Made by a program: the position numbers and the translations under genes. From IMG/VR virus record IMGVR_UViG_3300023084_000004: a stretch of 64,000 bases of DNA; one strand, written 5' to 3'. Shown here one piece after another: positions 9,824-18,500 of the stretch; positions within the stretch are counted from its first letter, which is position 1; every line of letters starts with the position of its first letter. The stretch comes from a virus. The notes under the pieces are model-generated. The model was not told the origin of the DNA. It was given only the letters and a program-made list of their open reading frames with translations, and ran no database searches.

Positions 9824-10222
9824 TTATGCTCCCCAACTCGTTGCTACAGCTCTTATTACACTTGAATCCCAACAAGTAAAAACAATTTGCCAATATCTTG
9901 CTCCAGTAAATGATGGTGTTGTATCATTTGCCCATTTAACATCTGTATCAAAAGTTGGTGCATATCCATTTGCACTAATATCTAAAATGAGTGTGTGCAT
10001 TTTTCCAGCCGCTCGGTTTGTCATATTTGCATTTGCGAATGTTGTTGCTGCAGTTAATGTACACTTATTAAAAGTTCTATCAAAATTTATAGTACCTACT
10101 CCACCGCCTGGAGTTGTAAACGACAAAGGCTGAAAATCTCCATAATTTCCTTCCATACCAGTAATATTAAGAAACTCTTGAAAGTTGTTTATTATTTCTG
10201 TTCCGCCTATTTTAATTGACAT
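9824..10222 (-). CDS. Putative structural protein, paralogue family member 2 (shared domain only)
   Basis: MSIKIGGTEIINN...LILDISANGYAPTFD...WQIVFTCWDSSVIRA. Confidence 0.7.
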   Translation of the reverse strand: MSIKIGGTEIINNFQEFLNITGMEGNYGDFQPLSFTTPGGGVGTINFDRTFNKCTLTAATTFANANMTNRAAGKMHTLILDISANGYAPTFDTDVKWANDTTPSFTGARYWQIVFTCWDSSVIRAVATSWGA

Positions 10223-10232
10223 ATTTTATTCC

Positions 10233-11177
10233 TTAAAGTGCTGGAGTACCTTCAGACGCTGTTAATGTCATTGCATTTCCTGGTGTTTCACCTGTTGAAT
10301 AGAAAGTACCTTCATTAGAAACAAGTTTTACACGAAAATCTGGATTTGCTGAACCGAAATCAGCTGTTGTAATTGTTGTTACAGGGTTACTAGTATTTGG
10401 ATCACCTTCGGCCATCCAAGAAAATTGTCTTGCACCTGGAGAAGCTGGTACATTGTAATATGTTCCTGAATTATAACCGTCTGAAGCTGGAGTTGGCCCA
10501 AAACTGTAATTAGATGCATTACAGTCACCTTGGCAAGATTGACCTGAAACATTATATTGAACCTGAATACCAGTACTAGCATCAATACCAGTCATTCCAG
10601 TATAGTTTATATAGTCTGTATAAACTGTTGCTTGAGCTGCGCTTGTTCCACTTGCATAGTTAACTATTATTCTGCTATTTGCATCATCACGAGCGAATTC
10701 TACAAATAACCAAGCTTGTGGAAATCCAACACTTGAATTAATACTTCTACTCATTTGCAAACTAGTTAATGAAAAACCACTATCCATTGATGAAGATTGT
10801 GTACCAGCCGCATCATAAGGAAGTGCTGTTGCTCTAACAGTAGAAGCATCCCAACAAGTTAAAGTAACTGTCCAAAATCTATTTGAGGACCATGTAATTG
10901 CTGTTGGAAATTTAACTTCTGAAGGCCAAGTAGGCGCGTATGGTGTTGTACTTGTGTCAAGCAATAAAGTAACTTGCTTTCCAGTGTTTCTATTTGATGT
11001 AGTAAACGTAACATTGCTGGTCATTGCCAGCGTAACGAATGGTTTTGTGAAATCTATATCTGTGGTAATTGCATTTACAAGAGGATGAAAATTAGTAAAT
11101 AATCCTTCAAATTCTGCAACGTTTTCTAATGCAAAACTGTTATTGATAACAGTTTGTGAACCTACTTTAATCGCCAT
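10233..11177 (-). CDS. Putative structural protein, paralogue family member 1
   Basis: MAIKVGSQTVINN...LLLDTSTTPYAPTWP...WTVTLTCWDASTVRA plus ~190-aa unique C-terminus; preceded by TATAAATA and GGAG. Confidence 0.72.
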   Translation of the reverse strand: MAIKVGSQTVINNSFALENVAEFEGLFTNFHPLVNAITTDIDFTKPFVTLAMTSNVTFTTSNRNTGKQVTLLLDTSTTPYAPTWPSEVKFPTAITWSSNRFWTVTLTCWDASTVRATALPYDAAGTQSSSMDSGFSLTSLQMSRSINSSVGFPQAWLFVEFARDDANSRIIVNYASGTSAAQATVYTDYINYTGMTGIDASTGIQVQYNVSGQSCQGDCNASNYSFGPTPASDGYNSGTYYNVPASPGARQFSWMAEGDPNTSNPVTTITTADFGSANPDFRVKLVSNEGTFYSTGETPGNAMTLTASEGTPAL

Positions 11178-11220
11178 CTTCGTCTCCTGACTATTAGCGT
11201 GTTAATTTAATTTATAGTTC

Positions 11221-11228
11221 TATTTATA
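11221..11228 (-). promoter_or_regulatory. T4-type late promoter TATAAATA
   Basis: Exact consensus immediately after the stop of the upstream cassette. Confidence 0.8.
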
Positions 11229-11229
11229 A

Positions 11230-11982
11230 CTAGTCTCGTCTTTCGATGTCATCTTCAGTAAGAATATTTCCTAACCAAACTTCAATAACTTTAGCATCAA
11301 CATTACTAATATTAGTTGCTTTATGCCAAGTATTAACAGGAATATCTATACTCTCACCAGTATTATATGTTTTTGTTAATCTATCACCATTTGGATATTC
11401 TAAATCCATCTTAATTTTACCACTGACTACGTGCCAATGTTCAGATCTATGAGAGTGTTTTTGATCACTTAAAGATCTTCCTTTAGTAAAGGAAAGTTCT
11501 TTTACTTGCCAAGTTGTATTATTATTTAATACTTTATATGTTCCCCATTTTCGTTTTGTGACTGGGTGTTTCCATTCCTCTAAAATCCAACTTGAACTAT
11601 TTGATTTTTCTGAACCGCCTACACCAAACTCAAACTCAACATCATCAAAAATCATTTCTGGAATATTTTCTTTTGTTCTATCTCCACCATTTACAAAAAC
11701 AATTGTGTCATTTGGAAATTTTTCTTTTACTTTTCTTATACAATCAATTGCTGTATCATCTGAATCGTCGAAATCCATTACATTATCAACACTTGCTAAT
11801 CCATTTACAATTGATGCTCGCTCATACCAAGGCATAAAGTTTTTACCCTTTTTTCTTATGAGCCATTCATCAGAATTAATACCTACAATAAGTCTTGTTC
11901 CATAGGTTGCTGCATCTTTTAAATATTTAATATGTCCAGAATGAATTGGATCAAATCCACCTGTTGCTATTACTGTAATCAT
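11230..11982 (-). CDS. Cytidylyltransferase-like nucleotidyltransferase (RfaE-II/TagD family) fused to a mannose-6-phosphate-isomerase-type cupin
   Basis: ATGGFDPIHSGH (HxGH), GINSDEWL.RKKG, NGGDR; C-terminal RKWGTYKVL...SDQKHSHRSEHWHVV...NTWH cupin. Confidence 0.85.
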   Translation of the reverse strand: MITVIATGGFDPIHSGHIKYLKDAATYGTRLIVGINSDEWLIRKKGKNFMPWYERASIVNGLASVDNVMDFDDSDDTAIDCIRKVKEKFPNDTIVFVNGGDRTKENIPEMIFDDVEFEFGVGGSEKSNSSSWILEEWKHPVTKRKWGTYKVLNNNTTWQVKELSFTKGRSLSDQKHSHRSEHWHVVSGKIKMDLEYPNGDRLTKTYNTGESIDIPVNTWHKATNISNVDAKVIEVWLGNILTEDDIERRD

Positions 11983-13211
11983 ATTTGTAACTCATTTTTT
12001 TCTGTTAAAGGTTCCATAAAATAATCAAATATAAAATTAACATGATTAGATGTCGCTAATAATTTAGATGGAATATCAACTAAATCTGGATGTGCATACC
12101 AGTCTTCATAAGAATGTTCTGGAGTAAATCCAACATCGCTAACAACTAATTTATATCCATGTTGCATTAATATTTGTCTTGCTTCATCGCGTATTTCTGT
12201 TCCTAATCGATAACAATCATGTTCAAATGTTATAATACCAAATTTGTGAGTATTGAATGGAAGCTTCTTTAAAATGTCTAAAGATGCTTCATCACAATCT
12301 ATTTGTAAATAATCAAATGTTGGTTCTACACAATGTTTTTCAAATAAATCTTCCCAGTTTGTTTCTGTTGCATCTAAACATATAACCGTATTATTTCTTT
12401 CTTCTTTAAATTGATAACATAATGCTGGAGAATTATCAACAGAAATACCTTTCCAACCAAATTTAGTTTCAAGTAAAGCTGTATTATTATGAATAAATGG
12501 CTGACCAGATCCTATTTCTAAGTAAGTTCCATTTCTTTTACCATTCAACATAGTTAAGACAAACATATCTTGAAAATGTTTAGAATAATTTTTTATTATA
12601 CTTTGTAAGCCTGGAAACGTATGCTTAAGTCGATGTTCGTCGTGTTTTTTATAAGGAATAGTATCAGGATATCCAATTTGCTTAAGCATTTGCTCAGCTC
12701 TATTTTTAAGTTCACCCTCTAATATAACTTTATGTTTTAAATCAAATAATTTGTGTTTACCAGATTGTTGACCAGCAATATACCAAGTAGCCATTGAATT
12801 AAGAAAGGCTAAAACTTTTCTTCCTGGATAACCAACATGAATTTCAGGTAATACTCTTTCGGCCATTAATCCTAGATTTGCATGAGTTAGACATTGTTTC
12901 CACATTCCTCTTTCGCAATAATGATTTGATAAAAAGAAATGTGCTTCTGGTCTATCTGGCATTAAAGCCGCAGCATCGTGATAAGCACCTTCAACAGTAA
13001 AGTTTCTTCCACCTTGTCTTTCATATGACTTACCAAGTAATATCATACATTTATATTGAAGTTGTTTATCATTAGTTAAGTCTGCAGTTTTAAGATATAA
13101 AGAAACTGCCATAGCTCCTTGTTCTAATCCATCATATTCTTGTGCTAAACGAAAAAGCTTTTCTGGATTTTTAGGATCGAGTACGTGTTCATTCAATAAT
13201 TCTTGCAACAT
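11979..13211 (-). CDS. TPR-repeat protein fused to a FkbM-like SAM-dependent methyltransferase
   Basis: Helical N-terminal repeats (MPDRPEAHFFLS); C-terminal QDMFV...YLEIGSG...WKGISVD...DYLQIDCD...ITFEHD. Confidence 0.7.
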   Translation of the reverse strand: MLQELLNEHVLDPKNPEKLFRLAQEYDGLEQGAMAVSLYLKTADLTNDKQLQYKCMILLGKSYERQGGRNFTVEGAYHDAAALMPDRPEAHFFLSNHYCERGMWKQCLTHANLGLMAERVLPEIHVGYPGRKVLAFLNSMATWYIAGQQSGKHKLFDLKHKVILEGELKNRAEQMLKQIGYPDTIPYKKHDEHRLKHTFPGLQSIIKNYSKHFQDMFVLTMLNGKRNGTYLEIGSGQPFIHNNTALLETKFGWKGISVDNSPALCYQFKEERNNTVICLDATETNWEDLFEKHCVEPTFDYLQIDCDEASLDILKKLPFNTHKFGIITFEHDCYRLGTEIRDEARQILMQHGYKLVVSDVGFTPEHSYEDWYAHPDLVDIPSKLLATSNHVNFIFDYFMEPLTEKNELQI

Positions 13212-13214
13212 AAT

Positions 13215-14261
13215 TTATCCTCTACTCACAAATTCAAAGAAAAGATCTTCTGGCATTCTCAATATAAAAGTTCCATTATCTTGATATCCAAAAACGATAA
13301 GAACTTGGCCGTTTACAAATTGCATACCAGTAGCAAATTCAATATTATATTCATATCCTGTTACTGGATCAATCTGAGTGCCCAAGAAATGAAAATCATT
13401 AGTCCACTTAATAAGATTCCAATCTTTGTCCCAGACGATTATACGATGATTATAGTGGCCATCTTTTCTATGAAATATATCTTTAGATAAATCAACTTCA
13501 TGTGTAAAGCACATATGTCGGCCATCACCAATAGGAAGTACTTGAGTTCCTCCTCTTAAATCTCTAAAGAAAATATCTGGGCGAAATTGAGATTCGTCTA
13601 AATGAACTGTGGTTGTTGTTCGTGTATTAATATCATATTTTACAACTTCTGTAGGATTACACCATTTTACAAAATGCCAAGGCATATCGACAATTGGCAT
13701 CCAATTCTTTTCACAATATGTTCCATCATCTCCTGGTGCAGGAATTGGATTTCGAGATACTTCTTGCCATACACCATCAATAAATTCTATTTCACACATT
13801 TCCATTCGACCTTTACCTTTGTCGTCATAACAATCACGACGAACACCACAAAGAAAAAGTCTATCTTCCCAAGCAAACAATCTACCATCTTCAAGACCAA
13901 TAAAGTTCCAGGTTGGTTCACCTGTATCTAAATTCATCTTAATTCGATTTGCTGATCCTGGAACGATATTTAAATGCGCATCTAATTCACACATAATATT
14001 ATGTGTTGTTAAAGATACGTCGTTTTCCGGATGGATATATTGAAGTGGTCCCCAAGTATGGGGAAACTTTTTACCTTCTGAATGATAAAGAGTATAATTA
14101 ACATGTCGAACATTAAGCAATAATTTTCCTTTATGGAAAAATATTGATGGATTCATGATCCCTGTTTCGCCAGTTAACTCTTTTGGCAATATGACAGGAT
14201 GAATACTCCCGCCTCTTTTCAACGCCCAATGGACTAGGCCATAATGCCGTAAATCGTGCAT
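13215..14261 (-). CDS. Beta-propeller glycosidase/phosphorylase-like protein (GH130/GH43 clan-like)
   Basis: MNPSI, GLEDGRL, CEKNWMP, LRGGT and IEFATG blade motifs. Confidence 0.6.
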   Translation of the reverse strand: MHDLRHYGLVHWALKRGGSIHPVILPKELTGETGIMNPSIFFHKGKLLLNVRHVNYTLYHSEGKKFPHTWGPLQYIHPENDVSLTTHNIMCELDAHLNIVPGSANRIKMNLDTGEPTWNFIGLEDGRLFAWEDRLFLCGVRRDCYDDKGKGRMEMCEIEFIDGVWQEVSRNPIPAPGDDGTYCEKNWMPIVDMPWHFVKWCNPTEVVKYDINTRTTTTVHLDESQFRPDIFFRDLRGGTQVLPIGDGRHMCFTHEVDLSKDIFHRKDGHYNHRIIVWDKDWNLIKWTNDFHFLGTQIDPVTGYEYNIEFATGMQFVNGQVLIVFGYQDNGTFILRMPEDLFFEFVSRG

Positions 14262-14299
14262 AATATCTCCATGATATAAATCATACTATTCTACGTGTT

Positions 14300-14328
14300 A
14301 TTATAACACGTGTTTAACTAAATGTCAA
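14300..14328 (-). promoter_or_regulatory. Sigma70-type promoter TTGACA-N17-TATAAT with extended -10
   Basis: -35 at 14328-14323, 17-nt spacer, -10 at 14305-14300 preceded by TGt; GGAG SD before the ATG at 14261. Confidence 0.85.
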
Positions 14329-14331
14329 TAT

Positions 14332-14339
14332 TATTTATT
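14332..14339 (-). promoter_or_regulatory. AATAAATA (late promoter variant or UP element) just upstream of the -35 box
   Basis: ATAAATA core a few nt upstream of TTGACA. Confidence 0.45.
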
Positions 14340-14346
14340 GATTATT

Positions 14347-14679
14347 TTAAAGCCAAGGAACGCTTCGATCGGTTGCGATGTCTTGATTTAATTTTTTCTC
14401 TAAAGAACTGTCATAATCAGCAATAAGCTCTGCACCAAGTTTTGATTCAAGCCATTCTACAACTTTAGCTTCAGTAAGACTTTCAAACGCTATAAAGTCT
14501 GCTAATGATACAGATTCTGAAGATAGAAGGCATTGACCAGTAATAGATACTTTGTTTCCTGCACCATTATCTGCATGCCTTCTCCAATTAATAGTTAATA
14601 CTGCATCCGTTAAAGATTCACCACTGGAATTAACAGTGTTTTGTGTTTTAAGACTAAGAATTTCCCAAGTATAAGTCAT
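14347..14679 (-). CDS. Small tail-fibre-associated protein
   Basis: MTYTWEI...FIAFESLTEAKVVEWL; paralogue of 14693..15133; downstream of the giant fibre. Confidence 0.65.
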   Translation of the reverse strand: MTYTWEILSLKTQNTVNSSGESLTDAVLTINWRRHADNGAGNKVSITGQCLLSSESVSLADFIAFESLTEAKVVEWLESKLGAELIADYDSSLEKKLNQDIATDRSVPWL

Positions 14680-14692
14680 TTCTTATTCCTTA

Positions 14693-15133
14693 TTATTCTG
14701 AGTCTATAATGTCAGTATTACCGCCTGATGTTGCTTCAGCTTCCACTTCAGTTTCAAGATTATCATTAGGAACTGGTGTTACTTCTTCAGGGGCCCAAGG
14801 CATTTGTGCATCTTCGATAGTAACTTTACCAATCTCATGTCTAATGCGCTCTTCGATATGATCCATATAGCCGCCGTCACCTTCAACAACGTTTCTGATC
14901 CAACCAAGAACAGTTTCTTCTGTTAAATCCTCGAAAGCAACAAATGTACCTGCTGGAACATTTTCTGCTGAAAAAGGAGTTGCACCAGAGAACACAGAAG
15001 TATTACCGTTTTCATCGGTACCTTCGCATTCCCAGTATGTCTGAACGACCGCGCCATTTAATGTAGCGCCTTCACTGTTAACTTGGTCTTGCTTTCGAAG
15101 ACCTTTAACTTTCCAAGTATATGTAAGTGCCAT
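14693..15133 (-). CDS. Small tail-fibre-associated protein
   Basis: MALTYTWKV...FVAFEDLTEETVLGWI; paralogue of 14347..14679. Confidence 0.65.
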   Translation of the reverse strand: MALTYTWKVKGLRKQDQVNSEGATLNGAVVQTYWECEGTDENGNTSVFSGATPFSAENVPAGTFVAFEDLTEETVLGWIRNVVEGDGGYMDHIEERIRHEIGKVTIEDAQMPWAPEEVTPVPNDNLETEVEAEATSGGNTDIIDSE

Positions 15134-15168
15134 TTTTTTATTTCTCCGTAATAATTTTAATTACTTGT

Positions 15169-15176
15169 TATTTATA
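15169..15176 (-). promoter_or_regulatory. T4-type late promoter TATAAATA
   Basis: Exact consensus upstream of 14693..15133. Confidence 0.78.
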
Positions 15177-15177
15177 A

Positions 15178-15585
15178 TTAATCGTTAACCGCATCAGACC
15201 AAGTAGGTAGAGTCATTAGGTGATCATAACCTTGTTCTATAATACTTTTTTCTGATGCTAGGTCAATTGTAAAATTCATATCCTCTACTTGCATAATATT
15301 AATTTCTCCTTGAAAGTCTCCTCCAGGAACATCAGTAGGATATTGTGCGTATGCTGCAATTGCTTGTTTACCAGCTTCTCGAGCTGCTCTACTAGCATAT
15401 ACTACAACCGATACTCTTCCGTAATAACCAGCTTTCCACGCATGATCTGGTGAATTGTCTGGTCTTACACCACCTGGATCTTGGTCATCAACAACACGTT
15501 TTTTCGTTTCAACATTATGAATAACGTGATATGCTTCAGGACATTCTAATCCAGAGTTTAGTTCATATGATTTAATGAGTGCCAT
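15178..15585 (-). CDS. Hypothetical protein, probably fibre-associated
   Basis: Starts 3 nt after the stop of the giant fibre gene. Confidence 0.6.
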   Translation of the reverse strand: MALIKSYELNSGLECPEAYHVIHNVETKKRVVDDQDPGGVRPDNSPDHAWKAGYYGRVSVVVYASRAAREAGKQAIAAYAQYPTDVPGGDFQGEINIMQVEDMNFTIDLASEKSIIEQGYDHLMTLPTWSDAVND

Positions 15586-15588
15586 AAT

Positions 15589-18500
15589 CTATTTGTCTCC
15601 TCGTAAAAATTTTACTTCTTCTCTCAATTCATCTAATTCTGATTTTAAGTCTTTAACTGCTTGTATTAAGAATGGTGTAATCTTGTCATAGTTAACTGTG
15701 AGGAAGTCTTTAAGCTCCTCACCATCAACCATAATTTTGTCTTTGCCGCCGTTACCAGCTTTATTTATAACTACAGAATTAGGTATTACATCTTGTGTTT
15801 CTTGAGCAATAACAGCGACTTCTTCCATTCCACCTTCAATAACACCAGCTGTTACTTGTTCGGCTTCTTTCTTCCAATTAAATCGACTTGGTTTCAGTTT
15901 CATGATCGTATCAAGACCTTCACCTCTTGGAAGTTCTTGAATATTTTCTTTCAATCTTCTATCTGACCAATAAGCAACAACGTTACCTGGTGTATATACT
16001 GAACCGTTTAGATATAATCTCCAACCAAACGATGTACTATAGAAACCATGCTCTGTATAGTTCATCATCAAGCAGATGTTGTTATCAAACTGCATACCAC
16101 CCCAACCGTTACGAGAACCTTGAACTCTCCAAGAACCGTAAGATGCGTTGTTAGGATAGAAGTGAGCGCCGTTAATACCAGAGTAAATACCGTGATAGCC
16201 AGTTAAGTTGTTCCAACGATACTGGTAAGAGTAGTTCGAACCACCGTTGAACTGCCATACCAAGCTTGCCATGTTATAATCAGTATAGAAACGCATACCT
16301 TCATATGATGGGTTAGCACCAAATTTCAAACCAGTATGGAATGCGATACGTAAGTCAGGATATGGATAGCTCCAACCACCGCCTTCACGATATACACGAT
16401 AAGCAGTTGATTGGTTGTTAGCGAACGCTACACCATATTCGTGGTTAGTTGAAACATCATAGTTATTACGTAGATAGAATGTTCCAAGACCCCAGAAACG
16501 AGACCAGGTATTCATATTAGCATAATAACTACTATCATGGTCATAGAATACAGAACCATAAACTCTATTATAGAAGTATGCGATAGCGTTTCCACCTTCA
16601 CGACCAATATATGCTACGTTCTGTGAATTACCAGAACCATTGTCGTGAATACGTACATAAGAGTTTCCGTTATTATTATTTGAGTCAAGTCTTAGGTTAA
16701 TGTCATTAAACGAGTTAAGTGACATTGAATCTGTAAACGAACCATTAATATCCGTCGAGGAAAGTCCATGATAGTAGTAATAATCATAGTTAGCATTCCA
16801 GTCGAATGATATGTAAGCCATCTTATGGAATTCAGATGACCATGTTCCATATCCTTGCAAGCGACCTTTATTAGTATCACTACCACCATAAGCCGTATTT
16901 GTTCTTGTTACATTAAATCTTGAATTACCATTTGGGTCAGCATAATATGCAGTGTTATTACGATCGTAGAAGATATATGCGCGAGCATCATTCATGTATG
17001 TAACACGGTATAGCTCCATGTGGCTATTTCCGTAGAATATACGAACCTGCCAGTTACCAGAACTATTAAGAAGACCGAAACCGTTTCCGTCCCAATATCC
17101 TGCATAACCTCTTAAATCTGATTCGTAGTTTCTATATGCTACTAGACCACCATAACTATAGCCTCCACCTGCATACTTGTAGTATCCATTATTGGAGTAG
17201 AAATGCATTCCGGTAGCTTGGTTATATAATCCATTACCAGAGTTTCTGTTGCGGAACCAACCATAAGTGTAATGTTCATTAGCATCAGTCGCATTTAATC
17301 TTGAGGTACCATTTGGATCGCAATAATAACCAGTATTATCAGAATCGTAGTAAATGGATGCGTAGAATGAACCAGAATATTCATTAACACCATGCATCGC
17401 GACTTTCTTCCAGCTACTAAAGCCGGACCAAGTATTACGGAACCACAATCCTGAGATAGGACCACCAGCCAGCTGCCAACCGTATCTTGCTGAACCATTA
17501 GTGTAGTGATAGGCTTGAACACCGACCCAGTGTGATGTACCTGAAGGCTGGTTAGGTGGATTACTCCATGAATCAAAGAAGCCTGAACCCCAGTCGGCAA
17601 CCGTGTTCATATTTACCCGGCTCCAACCGACTGAACCAGTCCAGTAGTTTGTATCTCCTGTTATACGAGGTCTAGCTGCATAGTATTCTTTACTTGATCT
17701 TGTTTGACCAGAAAGACCCATGAATGCCATTGTTAGGTTATTAACACCACGGAATCTTGTACTGTTATCTGAAGCACCATTGAAATAATAACCAGTGTCA
17801 TTGGTATCATAGAAGATAGGCGCTCTCATAGAACCTTGAGCTTGCAGATAACCATAATTATATTGGTGATAACTACCATTCCAATAATACATCCAAGTTC
17901 TAGAGTTATCATGAATACCGATATTATCTCCACCAGTACTCATTAATACCCAACGTGAACCTAATCCATAACCTCTCCAACCGTTTCTACCGCTACCGTA
18001 TGTAGCTACGTTACCGTATGAGTTTCCTTCAGATTCAGGAGCCCATAAACCATGTCCATAAGATTGGAAATAAAGACCGGTGTTACCTTGTGGTCTAAAC
18101 CAATCATTAGCATAAACTGTTCTTAATTGTGTAGAACCATTCGGGTCAACATAATAGCCAGTATTATTCCTATCATAGATAATCGGTGTATCAAGACGAC
18201 TAGCAATTAATACTTGACCGTTACCGCGAATAATTTGATTCCAAGAACCTCCGAATCCACCATCACGGAAGATGAAGTCCTCTCCACCTGATGTAGCAAA
18301 TTCAAAGTGAGAATCATTAGTTTCAGTTGCACGAATATATCCACGTAAGGAACCTGAACTTGTGTAGAAGTAAATAGGCGCGCCACCTTGCATTCTAAGA
18401 TCTGCATTTAGATACAATCTAGAGAATTGTGAATTGCCATTAGGATCTGCGTAATAGCCAGCATCGTTAGCATCATAGTAAATTGTTGCATACATTGCGC

